Positions 9,489-18,225 of a DNA stretch of 32,000 nt are shown here, piece after piece; position 1 is the stretch's first letter; every line of letters begins with the position of its first letter. Both the position numbers and the translations under genes were made by a program. The DNA is from Pseudoalteromonas tetraodonis. GTDB taxonomy: Bacteria > Pseudomonadota > Gammaproteobacteria > Enterobacterales > Alteromonadaceae. The DNA is taken from the NCBI RefSeq assembly GCF_002310835.1, contig NZ_CP011041.1:1350001-1382000 (forward strand), read 5' to 3'. The notes beneath the pieces were generated by a model that saw only the letters and a list, made by a program, of their open reading frames with translations, ran no database searches and had not been told where the DNA came from.

Positions 9489-10778
9489 TTATTGTAAGTA
9501 GTCAACGACCAGTTGAGATAATGATTTTACGCCAAGTTGTAAGGCATTTTCGTCAACATAAAACTGAGGTGAATGATTACTTGGCGCTGTTTTAGCGTTT
9601 TGATCTTTTGGAGTGACGCCTAAAAAGTAAAACAGTCCAGGTGTTTCTAGCGCATAATAACTAAAGTCTTCTGCACCGGTAATCAAATCTGTGGAAATAA
9701 TGTTGTCAGCGCCAGCAATACGGGCAAGCGTAGGGGTCATTTTTTGAGTCAGTGCAACATTATTTACTGTTACAGGGTAGCCGTGATCTATATGCACATC
9801 AGCTTTTGCACCAGCGGATTCGGCAACCAGTTCAGCGGTTTTAGCTAAACGTTTTTTAATATCGGCACGCATAGTTTGATCAAACGTTCTAATTGTACCA
9901 ATCAGCTCTACATTATCGGGGATAATATTTGAGCGTATGCCGCCGTTAATCGCGCCAAATGAAATAACAGAAGGCGCTTTAGTTACATCTACCTGGCGAG
10001 AGGCGATTGTTTGAGTTGCCATTATAATTTGTGATGAAGCAACAATGGGATCTACGCCATTCCAAGGGCGCGAGCCATGAGTTTGACGACCCGTTACGTT
10101 AATTGTGAAAGAGTCTTCACTGGCCATTAGTGGCCCTTCTCTAAAGCCAATTTGTCCGGTATTAAGTGAGCTGGTGACATGCAAGCCAAACACCGCTTCA
10201 GGCTTTTGCTTAAATAAGCCTTCTTTTAACATCAGCTCAGCGCCACCTTCTTCGCCCTCGGGGGCACCTTCTTCAGCCGGTTGAAATACAAACAGTACTT
10301 CGCCCGCTAACTGATCTTTTATTTTTACCAGTGACTCTGCCACGGCCATTAAAATAGCAACATGAGTGTCGTGCCCGCAGGCATGCATAACGCCTACTTC
10401 ATTGCCACGATAGGTTGATGTTTGTTTAGAGGCAAAGGGTAAATCAACTTGTTCGGTAACCGGTAAAGCATCCATATCAGCACGCAATGCGATTAGAGGG
10501 CCTTTTTTACCGCCACTTAATTTAGCCACAACACCGGTATGAGCAACGCCAGTTTGTACTTCAAGACCCAGTGATTTTAAATGTTCAGTAATGTACTTGG
10601 CGGTTTCAAATTCGCGATTACTCAGCTCTGGATATTGATGTAAGTGACGACGCCATGTAATGACTTTTTCACTCACACTTTGTGTTGCTTGTTCAAGTTG
10701 GGTGTTAACACTCGCGGCAAAACTAGGGGCGGAAATGGCGGTTAATAAAAAGCCACCACATATTATTTTTTTTATCAT
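9489..10778 (-). CDS. Secreted M20D-family amidohydrolase (hippurate hydrolase / N-acyl-amino acid amidohydrolase-like)
   Basis: The N-terminal signal peptide is 'MIKKIICGGFLLTAISAPSFA'. Metal-ligand motifs 'MHACGHDTH' and 'FQPAEEG' are typical of HipO/ILR1-type M20 peptidases. The protein is 429 aa. Confidence 0.85.
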   Translation of the reverse strand: MIKKIICGGFLLTAISAPSFAASVNTQLEQATQSVSEKVITWRRHLHQYPELSNREFETAKYITEHLKSLGLEVQTGVAHTGVVAKLSGGKKGPLIALRADMDALPVTEQVDLPFASKQTSTYRGNEVGVMHACGHDTHVAILMAVAESLVKIKDQLAGEVLFVFQPAEEGAPEGEEGGAELMLKEGLFKQKPEAVFGLHVTSSLNTGQIGFREGPLMASEDSFTINVTGRQTHGSRPWNGVDPIVASSQIIMATQTIASRQVDVTKAPSVISFGAINGGIRSNIIPDNVELIGTIRTFDQTMRADIKKRLAKTAELVAESAGAKADVHIDHGYPVTVNNVALTQKMTPTLARIAGADNIISTDLITGAEDFSYYALETPGLFYFLGVTPKDQNAKTAPSNHSPQFYVDENALQLGVKSLSQLVVDYLQ

Positions 10779-11102
10779 TATGATTCCTTGGTTGTTCGTA
10801 TGTAACTAACTTACGCTATTACGCTGATAAAAAGTAGTGCCGTGCGATAGTTAACAAAAAAGTTCACGGTGTTTTCAATGGCGGTTTATAAAGCCCATAA
10901 ACTGTTCCAAATAGCACAATAGTTTAGCGCTTTTGTCGTATTTTAACGCAGATATTTAGCCTTAACAGCGAAAATGATAACAAAATGTTGCATTTTTTAA
11001 CTTTGTTCCCAATACTGGTCAATGCGTTGCTTTTACCATGCACCGACAACAGCGTGTAACAAGCTAAGCATAATAAAAATATTGAATCAGTTAAGGATTA
11101 AT

Positions 11103-12161
11103 ATGAACAACACACACATATTTAAACGCGTCTCTTTATTTGCAGCAGCATTAAGCCTGCTAATGAGTTTTTCTGCGCTCAGTAAAGAGTATAAGGTAAT
11201 TTTAATTCATGGCTTACAGGTATCACAACTTACCAATAAAGCAGGTAGTGATGTAGTAAACGATGGCCAAAGCTATTGGCAGTCTTACTGGGTGAACCGC
11301 GCAGATGAGCGCATCGATTGGCCTGCGTATGAACGAATAGAAGGAAAAATTACTACAGATTGGGTATGGCCCAAGCTACAACAGATCTCTCGCTCAAATT
11401 TATGCGAGCCAGGTTGCGTGTTTGTAACCCACTCTACCGGTGACTTAGTTGCCCGATATATTATAGATAACCAGGAAAACTGGCTAGAAAACGCCGGCTT
11501 AAAACCGCTTAATATTATTGCTACCTTTGATTTAGCAGGTGCTGGTGGCGGTAGTGAATTAGCCGACTTAGCGGTGAGTACATTAACAGGCGCATCGTGG
11601 AATTTTGCTGTAGATGCCGCGCTAACGTGGTGGTTAGGCAGTGAAGTTAATGAGGCGGTAGGCGTATTGCACGATTTAAAAGTAAATAATGCACGCAGAA
11701 TTGCGCCATTACCTGATGCACGCACACCTCGTTTACGTTTTGTAGCCGATGGTAATGCTTACTTAGGTTTAACGGCTGGATTTTTACGCGGTAATGACGA
11801 CTCGGTAGTGGCTACTCACTCATCATGTGGTGCAAGCTCGGTAAACTCATTTGGTAGCTGTAGCACCAATATTGACACTAATGGGCGTTTAAAATCGCAA
11901 GGTGATGCTGTTAATAGTTTTATGCCATATCATTACCCATTAATGATGACTAACAGTTACAGTCATAATGAGATTCAACAAGCGCAGCGCCAAGGAAATG
12001 TAACGATTGCGATGAATAACATTACGGTAGCTGGCGACACGCTAGGGTTTGAAACCGTAGATGAAACCACAGGTAGTTGGTTTTGGAAGAAACAATATCG
12101 TTATGTAAAAGACTCAGATAATTTGAGTGCATCGGCACTTATATATAATGTGATCCCGTGA
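11103..12161 (+). CDS. Secreted lipase-like alpha/beta-hydrolase
   Basis: The preferred start is ATG 11103, with AAGGA at 11093-11097, which yields the signal peptide 'MNNTHIFKRVSLFAAALSLLMSFSALS'. 'VILIHG' is an oxyanion-strand-like motif and 'THSTGD' is a nucleophile elbow. 'GNDDSVV' and 'SHNEI' fall where family I lipases have 'NDGLV' (Asp) and 'NHLDE' (His). The product call rests on motifs only. Confidence 0.65.
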   Translation: MNNTHIFKRVSLFAAALSLLMSFSALSKEYKVILIHGLQVSQLTNKAGSDVVNDGQSYWQSYWVNRADERIDWPAYERIEGKITTDWVWPKLQQISRSNLCEPGCVFVTHSTGDLVARYIIDNQENWLENAGLKPLNIIATFDLAGAGGGSELADLAVSTLTGASWNFAVDAALTWWLGSEVNEAVGVLHDLKVNNARRIAPLPDARTPRLRFVADGNAYLGLTAGFLRGNDDSVVATHSSCGASSVNSFGSCSTNIDTNGRLKSQGDAVNSFMPYHYPLMMTNSYSHNEIQQAQRQGNVTIAMNNITVAGDTLGFETVDETTGSWFWKKQYRYVKDSDNLSASALIYNVIP

Positions 12162-12181
12162 TATAAGCATACTTAAAACAT

Positions 12182-12209
12182 CGTGTAGTATACGTACTAC
12201 ACGTTTTAT
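12182..12209 (+). terminator. Rho-independent terminator or attenuator between the lipase-like gene and the next ORF
   Basis: The 9-bp stem is cgtgtagta / tactacacg with loop tacg, followed by ttttat. It lies 21 nt after the stop codon. Confidence 0.6.
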
Positions 12210-12225
12210 ATAGGATAACTAACCG

Positions 12226-13290
12226 ATGAAAAAGTCCTACGTGATTGGCTTTGCTATCAGCATGGGCCTACTTATGTGGTTTTTAATTGATGAGGGTCAT
12301 GCAAGTTACCCCCTAAAACAAGCTCCTCTCAATGATAAAAAGCCGATATCGACACCTCCTGCTCAGCAGCGCACGCTAAGCCAACCTGTGACAAAGGCAA
12401 CAACAAAAACCAGCTCAGTAACTCAGTCAGCATTTGATGAAGACTTAGCCAAAGCCGCCTCTGTGGTTGCTGATCAGTATCAGAAAAGTTTGGCGTTTCC
12501 GCCTTATTCACAACCATTAACGGTATATGATGAGGACAGACTTAAGCCAAATCAGTTCTTTCCTGTTAGCAGCCCAGTGGGTGAGCAAGGAGGGGAGTTA
12601 ACAGTGAGCTTGTCTCAATATCGGTATGTGTATCCACAAGCTATAGAGCTAACCGTAAGCGCTCCAAATTTAGGTAAGGCGGTAGTGACACTCAGTAATA
12701 CAGACACCAAAAAGTCGCTAAAAACGCAAAGCGGTGTGGCTCGTCAAAATGAGCTGGCAATGACATTTAAAGGTGAAGAAGACTATCCTCGTAATTTACA
12801 ATTATTAGTTGAAGTCGATATCGCGGGTAAAATAGTCCCGGTGGTGGCACAAATACACTATATGCCGCCTAGTGCAACGCTAACTAGCTTTGATAACGCG
12901 TATCCACGTAATGATAATATGATAGTGCCTGCTAATTTAACAGTTATAAAAAGTGGCTTATACCGTTTAAGAGCTAACTTATACAGTGGAACTTCGCCAT
13001 TAGCACATTTAGTTGCTAAAGCACGTTTAAATGAGGGCAGTCAGCAAATTGACTTTAAAGCGCATTGGTCTGTTTTGCCCAAGCAAACGAATGACTTACG
13101 GTTGAGGGACTTTGTTATTGAACGTATGTCGCCAAGCCCAGGTGAGCTTAACAGTTTTGGTGAAAGTGAAATTAGCGAGTTTACTATTGAAGATTTTGCT
13201 TACGACAGCTTACAGCAGTTGCCTTATCAGGCAAACAAACAAGAAATGCAGAGTTTAGAGTTTTTACAAGGATTAGCTGCTGGTCAGTAG
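12226..13290 (+). CDS. Hypothetical protein, N-terminally anchored or secreted, apparently beta-rich
   Basis: This is a 354-aa ORF. It has an N-terminal hydrophobic segment 'VIGFAISMGLLMWFLI', then a Pro/Thr/Ser/Gln-rich linker, then about 280 aa with alternating beta-like patterns. I recognise no family. Confidence 0.7.
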   Translation: MKKSYVIGFAISMGLLMWFLIDEGHASYPLKQAPLNDKKPISTPPAQQRTLSQPVTKATTKTSSVTQSAFDEDLAKAASVVADQYQKSLAFPPYSQPLTVYDEDRLKPNQFFPVSSPVGEQGGELTVSLSQYRYVYPQAIELTVSAPNLGKAVVTLSNTDTKKSLKTQSGVARQNELAMTFKGEEDYPRNLQLLVEVDIAGKIVPVVAQIHYMPPSATLTSFDNAYPRNDNMIVPANLTVIKSGLYRLRANLYSGTSPLAHLVAKARLNEGSQQIDFKAHWSVLPKQTNDLRLRDFVIERMSPSPGELNSFGESEISEFTIEDFAYDSLQQLPYQANKQEMQSLEFLQGLAAGQ

Positions 13291-13307
13291 CAGCATAGAA
13301 CAAAGTG

Positions 13308-13333
13308 AAGGGTTTGCATTACTGCAAACCCTT
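13308..13333 (-). terminator. Hairpin between the convergent 12226..13290 gene and ttcA
   Basis: The 11-bp perfect stem is aagggtttgca / tgcaaaccctt with loop ttac. On the minus strand it is followed by cactttgttc, a moderate U content. On the plus strand it is followed by aaaaatt. Confidence 0.5.
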
Positions 13334-13338
13334 AAAAA

Positions 13339-14253
13339 TTAGCTTAAATTAATGGTAACCACGTCGGCTTGGTTTGTTTCATCTTGCTCATGATTAACTG
13401 GCACTTTTGGAATATCTGGTTTATCGAGCGCGATATCGCCCCCATCAATAACGTCACCCGTTTGCAAGTTGGTAAAATCAAATAATTGATTATCAGCTAA
13501 GTGTGAAGGCACAACGTTTTGCATGGCGGTGAAAATACTCTCTATACGGCCCGGGTGCTCTTTATTCCATTGCTCCAGCATATTTTTAGTGTGCTTACGT
13601 TGTAGGTTTTCTTGTGAGCCACATAAGTTACACGGAATAATAGGGTAGCCTTGGCTGAACGCATATTTGCTTATATCGGCTTCTTTACAATATGCCAGTG
13701 GGCGAATAACCATATGCTCACCGTTATCGCTCATTAGTTTAGCCGGCATACTTTTTAGTTTTCCGCCATAAAACATATTTAAAAACAAGGTTTCTATCAT
13801 ATCATCGCGGTGATGACCCAGTGCAATTTTAGTCGCACCTAACTCTTTAGCCGTGCGATATAAAATACCACGGCGCAAGCGAGAGCAAAGCGAGCAGGTT
13901 GTTTTACCCTCAGGAATAATATCAGTAACAATACTGTAGGTATCTTCTTCTACAATTTTGTATTCAATATTTAAATTATCAAGATACTCAGGAAGCACAT
14001 GCTCAGGAAAACCAGGTTGTTTTTGGTCGAGATTTACTGCAAATAAATCAAACTTGATAGGTGCAACACGTTGTAAATGTTGCAACATGTCGAGCATAGT
14101 GTAACTGTCTTTGCCACCCGATAAGCACACCATAATACGGTCACCTTCTTCAATCATGTTAAAGTCCATGACAGCTTGACCTGTGAGGCGGCGTAAACGC
14201 TTTTGAAGCTTATTTAAGTTGTATTGAGCTTTGGCTTGAGCAGAATGAGACAC
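13339..14253 (-). CDS. ttcA: tRNA 2-thiocytidine(32) synthetase TtcA
   Basis: The protein has a PP-loop 'CLSGGKDS' and cysteine motifs '[10 protein letters not shown]' and 'CNLCGSQ'. It is collinear with E. coli TtcA as I remember it ('[13 protein letters not shown]...[21 protein letters not shown]'). I prefer GTG 14253, which has an AAGGGGG SD 4 nt upstream and an N-terminal length matching E. coli. The track's TTG 14280 has no SD. Confidence 0.92.
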   Translation of the reverse strand: MSHSAQAKAQYNLNKLQKRLRRLTGQAVMDFNMIEEGDRIMVCLSGGKDSYTMLDMLQHLQRVAPIKFDLFAVNLDQKQPGFPEHVLPEYLDNLNIEYKIVEEDTYSIVTDIIPEGKTTCSLCSRLRRGILYRTAKELGATKIALGHHRDDMIETLFLNMFYGGKLKSMPAKLMSDNGEHMVIRPLAYCKEADISKYAFSQGYPIIPCNLCGSQENLQRKHTKNMLEQWNKEHPGRIESIFTAMQNVVPSHLADNQLFDFTNLQTGDVIDGGDIALDKPDIPKVPVNHEQDETNQADVVTINLS

Positions 14254-14345
14254 TACGCCCCCTTGTAAATAGTACGGCAAAATTAATTGCTAAAAATAAA
14301 GGGGCGTATTATATGCCATATGTAATATGGGAGCTACTGCAAACG

Positions 14346-15263
14346 CTAACTTTCTGCAAGCGGGCTTACGTACCCATCAGGTTTAAGTGCAAGTACATCA
14401 CAATCAAGGCTGTCAATAGCAGTGTTGCCTACTAAGGCAGCGCTTAAGCCAGTCCGTCCCACAGTGCCAATAACCACTAATTCGCTGTTTAAGCGTTTTG
14501 CAACATCCGGTATCACATCTTCTGGCAATCCCTCTTCAATAAAGCATTGATCAGAGGTTAGGTTAAACTCATTAGCGAGTTCATTGGTTGATTCAATATG
14601 ATGTTTTTTAACTGATTCGTTATATAACCCTGGGTTAAACTCAGGGATCTCTATGGCTATATTAACCGGTGTAGCAGGGTATGCATTGACTAAGTTAAGT
14701 TTAGCATTAGCCAGTTCACATAAAAATTGTGCATCTTTAATTATGCGTTTATTAAGTGACAGGTGCTGATCGTTTTCACTGACTGCATTAACAGCCGCTA
14801 AAATATTCCCATGTGCTGGCCACGCCATATCTTTTACAAATAATACAGGGGTTGGGCATTTTCTGACTAAGTGCCAGTCTGTTGGCGTGAAAATAACCGC
14901 TTTAAGCGCACCATGCTGATGAGTACCTTTGATCACTAGGTCATATTTATCATTAATAACGGTATTAATAATGGCTTCGTAAGGGCGGTTATGCCAAATG
15001 ACTTGGGTATTAATATTAATGTTTTGATAAGGAGAGACAAGATCTTTTAACCATAGTTCGCGATCTTTTAACACCGCTTTACGCATTGCTTCACGTTCAT
15101 CACCAGAGAGCATAGTAGTCATTTCGTAAGAGAAATCGTACACCGTCATAAAGGCGGTAATGCTAGCCCCTGATTTTTTGGCTAAATCTATTGAACGCGC
15201 GAGGGCATTTTGATCGTCTTTAGTTGGGTCAATAACCGCGATAATACGTTTAATCGTTTCCAT
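14346..15263 (-). CDS. uspE: Universal stress protein E (tandem USP domains)
   Basis: The 305-aa protein is collinear with E. coli UspE ('YDFSYEMTTMLS', 'IFTPTDWHLVRKCP', 'GLPEDVIPD', 'GTVGRTG'). A GGAG SD lies 7 nt upstream of the ATG. Confidence 0.9.
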   Translation of the reverse strand: METIKRIIAVIDPTKDDQNALARSIDLAKKSGASITAFMTVYDFSYEMTTMLSGDEREAMRKAVLKDRELWLKDLVSPYQNININTQVIWHNRPYEAIINTVINDKYDLVIKGTHQHGALKAVIFTPTDWHLVRKCPTPVLFVKDMAWPAHGNILAAVNAVSENDQHLSLNKRIIKDAQFLCELANAKLNLVNAYPATPVNIAIEIPEFNPGLYNESVKKHHIESTNELANEFNLTSDQCFIEEGLPEDVIPDVAKRLNSELVVIGTVGRTGLSAALVGNTAIDSLDCDVLALKPDGYVSPLAES

Positions 15264-15343
15264 TGTGCTACTCCATTCACTTAACAGTTATACCTTGAGT
15301 GTAACGCAAATACACAACAGTTAAAGGGGTAGCACTAATATTC

Positions 15344-15357
15344 TTGTTCTATATCAA
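15344..15357. promoter_or_regulatory. FNR/CRP-family-like palindrome TTGTT-ctat-ATCAA
   Basis: The site matches the FNR consensus TTGAT-N4-ATCAA at 9/10 positions. It sits inside a larger palindrome, ttcttg...caagaa at 15341-15360. Its centre is about 87 nt upstream of the uspE ATG. I found no convincing -10 at the class II distance. Confidence 0.35.
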
Positions 15358-15422
15358 GAAATAAAGCTTCTCTAATTTTGAAACCCTTATCCTGCATGAA
15401 CGTGTGTAGAGCTTTACAAAAT

Positions 15423-16577
15423 TTAATTATTTTCAGGCTTTATTAAAGTGTTGTCTTCCACAGTGAATCCACTCGTTTTTTTCACAAAGTCTACTTCAGG
15501 TAGTAAGTTATAAACATTATCTTTGATTGTAGAAAATAGATAACTTTTTCCGTCTCGAGTAAATAAATTAATAAGATCCCAGTATTTCTTTTCAGGATAA
15601 ACAGTCATATCAATATCAATAAAATGGTTGTTATTGATATGAATGCCTCTTATAAAAATATCGTCGATGAGCTCATCAGGCACATCAGAAAGTATTCTAA
15701 TTCCCCCTTTAGCACGTAAAACGGTGTTGTGAGTAAAATAAATATTTCCCCAATTAAAAGGCTCGGTCACACTCCTTGGTTTATTTGGGTAAGCATTGAG
15801 GATAAACTTATCACTGTCTATAAAAGTGTTAGCAATTATTTTAACATCCGAGTAATAGGTCAGCTCAATTGCAGTGCCTTTAGTTTTTTTAAAGGTATTA
15901 TATTTTATTAAAGCTTTAGAAACAGGTTTTCTAGTGGCTAGTTTTAAGGAACCTTTCAGACCTTCAAATACATTGCTTTCAACAGTAATATCATGTGTAC
16001 CACCATAGTTTCCACTCCATGGGTGAGTTGTGGTCACTTGGGTAACATTATTAAAATAATTATTACTAATTTTTACTCTGAAAGAGTTGATAGGGGCATT
16101 ATATGATGAACGCTTTGAGGACGTTGCTCTTATCGCTGCATCGCCAAAATCAAAAAATTGATTATGTTTAATTGAAATATCTTCGGAGCCTGCAAAAAGG
16201 ATACCTTGCTCACCCCAAACATAATTAATTTTGTCTGTGGTTAACCCTCTAAAAATAAAACCATTAATTTCTATGAAGCGTGAATTATAAAAGGATAAAA
16301 TATACTCTCCTTCAAATTGGTCACACTTTTTTAGTATAACGCCAGTATTAGCTGTAATAACAATATTGTTAAGATTTCTAACAATAATAGCTGAGCAGAT
16401 GTCATAAACTCCTGGCTCTTCTATTTTTAGCGCGGAATTTTCTGCCGTGTTTAAAATCAAGTCTTTTAGTGCTTGTGAGTCATCAATGCCATCATCGGGG
16501 ATCATTGAGCTCGATGCTTGGCTACTAAATAAAATACTTAAAGAAAGAGCGATAAATAGAAATAAAGATTTAGGCAT
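15423..16577 (-). CDS. Secreted right-handed parallel beta-helix protein (pectate-lyase-fold; polysaccharide lyase/hydrolase or epimerase-like)
   Basis: The signal peptide is 'MPKSLFLFIALSLSILFSSQA'. 'DDGIDDSQALKDLI' resembles the N-terminal motif of Pectate_lyase_3/tailspike-type beta-helix domains. Repeated rungs are visible: 'ISIKHNQFFDFGDAAI', 'VKISNNYFNNV', 'ITVESNVFEGL', 'IKYNTFKKTKGTAI', 'IIANTFIDS', 'FTHNTVLRAKGGI' and 'IHINNNHFIDI'. An AAGGA SD is present. GC is about 27-30% in three hand-counted 60-nt samples, against about 37-53% in neighbouring genes. Confidence 0.78.
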   Translation of the reverse strand: MPKSLFLFIALSLSILFSSQASSSMIPDDGIDDSQALKDLILNTAENSALKIEEPGVYDICSAIIVRNLNNIVITANTGVILKKCDQFEGEYILSFYNSRFIEINGFIFRGLTTDKINYVWGEQGILFAGSEDISIKHNQFFDFGDAAIRATSSKRSSYNAPINSFRVKISNNYFNNVTQVTTTHPWSGNYGGTHDITVESNVFEGLKGSLKLATRKPVSKALIKYNTFKKTKGTAIELTYYSDVKIIANTFIDSDKFILNAYPNKPRSVTEPFNWGNIYFTHNTVLRAKGGIRILSDVPDELIDDIFIRGIHINNNHFIDIDMTVYPEKKYWDLINLFTRDGKSYLFSTIKDNVYNLLPEVDFVKKTSGFTVEDNTLIKPENN

Positions 16578-16682
16578 AATATTGTCCTTCTATGTAAGAG
16601 TTTAATAGGACGTAGTTGCTTTTATATTAAAAAATGAGCCAGACAATTCATTCATCGACTCTTAAAAGTGAATGGTTAATAC

Positions 16683-16733
16683 CTCTACTCAAAGTGTTAG
16701 TAGAGATAGAGCATAATTGCAATAATTATGCTC
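16683..16733 (-). terminator. Two adjacent hairpins downstream of fnr
   Basis: The first hairpin is 16709-16733, gagcataatt / aattatgctc, a 10-bp stem with a 5-nt loop. The second is 16683-16705, ctctact / agtagag, a 7-bp stem. Neither is followed by a good U-tract. Confidence 0.35.
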
Positions 16734-16773
16734 CAATTCAGGGTAGGATTAATTTTAAAATGAGAAGCGATTA

Positions 16774-17511
16774 TTAACGAGGCTTAACAATCGCAGCCGT
16801 TTTGGCTAAAGCGTCATTATCTAAAATAGTAATAAATTTACCTTCTACTTTAATTAAGTCGGCTTTTTGAAAACGGCTTAATAAACGGCTGATAGTTTCT
16901 ACGGTTAAACCTAAGTAGTTACCAATTTCGCCGCGAGTCATAGTAAATCTAAATTCTTTACGTGAAAAACCACGCTCACCAAAACGCTCTGATAAGTTAT
17001 AAATAAAGCTAGCAAGACGTTCTTCAGCTGACTTTTTATTAAGTAATAATAGCATTTCCTGATCGTAGGTTATTTCACTACTCATTAAACGCATTATTTG
17101 TTGGCGCAATTTAGGCAGTTTACCGGCTAGTTCGTCAAGAGTTTCAAAGGGAATTTCACATACCATTGAGGTTTCTAGTGCTTGAGAAAAACTTTGATGT
17201 TGCATTTTATTGATGGCGTCAAAGCCAACAAGGTCACCCGCTAAATGAAAGCCTGTAATTTGCTCATCGCCTTGCTCTGACAAGGTATACGATTTAAACG
17301 ACCCCGAACGAACTGCATAAATTGCATTTAAAGGTGCGCCCGATTCAAATAAGTAGTCACCCTTGTGTAATGGTTTTTTTCGCTCAATGATCTCATCAAG
17401 TTTATCCATTTCTTGGCCATTTAAAGAAAATGGTAAACATAACTGGCTAATACTGCAGTTATTACAGCTAATGGCACAATTACCTTTAGCACGACTTTGA
17501 GAAAAATCCAT
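16774..17511 (-). CDS. fnr: Oxygen-sensing transcriptional regulator FNR (EtrA/Anr-type, CRP/FNR family)
   Basis: The protein is nearly collinear with E. coli FNR. It has the N-terminal Cys cluster '[14 protein letters not shown]' plus the '[10 protein letters not shown]' cysteine. It also has '[22 protein letters not shown]' and the HTH '[18 protein letters not shown]'. Confidence 0.95.
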   Translation of the reverse strand: MDFSQSRAKGNCAISCNNCSISQLCLPFSLNGQEMDKLDEIIERKKPLHKGDYLFESGAPLNAIYAVRSGSFKSYTLSEQGDEQITGFHLAGDLVGFDAINKMQHQSFSQALETSMVCEIPFETLDELAGKLPKLRQQIMRLMSSEITYDQEMLLLLNKKSAEERLASFIYNLSERFGERGFSRKEFRFTMTRGEIGNYLGLTVETISRLLSRFQKADLIKVEGKFITILDNDALAKTAAIVKPR

Positions 17512-17553
17512 AAGTTCAATCCGTTAAATTTCTATGCACAACATTTACCAATG

Positions 17554-18225
17554 TTAATGCACTAGCTTGTCTGTTGCAATGATCAGAAGGTAGATACCAT
17601 ACCAAATGATAACACTGCCTAATATTATTCGCGTCCAAGGGTGATTAAAAAGCGTATTGAGCTTTTGTGCAGCCATACCTAAGGTGATCATGGCAGGGAA
17701 CGTCCCTAGGGCAAATGCCAGCATAACCAGAGCACCATTTATGGCAGTGCCACTGGTCATCGCCCATGTGAGCGCAGAATATACTAAGCCGCACGGTAAC
17801 CAGCCCCATAGTGCGCCATAACCAAGCGCTTTTAATGGGGAATCAATGGGCATTAAATATTTATTAAGTTTAATTAAGTGCTGCCAAATGAGGGTTTTGC
17901 CAAGTTTTTCGAGCCATTGTAATGTCGCGGCTAAGCGCATGATATAAACGCCGACCAGTAACATAAACACGCCCGCTAAAAATGATAAAAACAGCGCAAA
18001 GGCCGAGTTTTGTGTGGCAAATTGACTACTAATACCGGCAACAAGGGCACCAGCCAGCATATAACTTAGCGCTCTGCCGCTATTATAGGCTAGAGAATAT
18101 AACCAAGTTTGGCGCTTGTTACTGGCTAACTGTAATGAGCTGGCAATGCCGCCGCACATAGCAATGCAATGGCCACTGCCAATCAATCCCATTAAAAAAG
18201 CACTAACAAAAATCGGGTCAATCAT
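17554..18225 (-). CDS. DsbD_2 / TauE-like membrane protein associated with cbb3 oxidase maturation
   Basis: This is a polytopic membrane protein with 'GSGHCIAMCGG' and 'GWLPCGLVYSAL' motifs. ATG 18225 overlaps the ccoS stop by 8 nt. The track's start at 18258 is a TTG inside ccoS. Confidence 0.78.
   Translation of the reverse strand: MIDPIFVSAFLMGLIGSGHCIAMCGGIASSLQLASNKRQTWLYSLAYNSGRALSYMLAGALVAGISSQFATQNSAFALFLSFLAGVFMLLVGVYIMRLAATLQWLEKLGKTLIWQHLIKLNKYLMPIDSPLKALGYGALWGWLPCGLVYSALTWAMTSGTAINGALVMLAFALGTFPAMITLGMAAQKLNTLFNHPWTRIILGSVIIWYGIYLLIIATDKLVH

Noticed and set aside
15273-16675. A 10-bp inverted repeat, ccattcactt (15273-15282) and aagtgaatgg (16666-16675), flanking the beta-helix gene, considered as possible insertion boundaries.
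   Set aside because: My rough estimate of the chance of one 10-mer match between two flanks of about 160-200 bp is a few percent. The left copy also overlaps the uspE SD region, so it has another reason to exist. No adjacent direct target duplication was seen.
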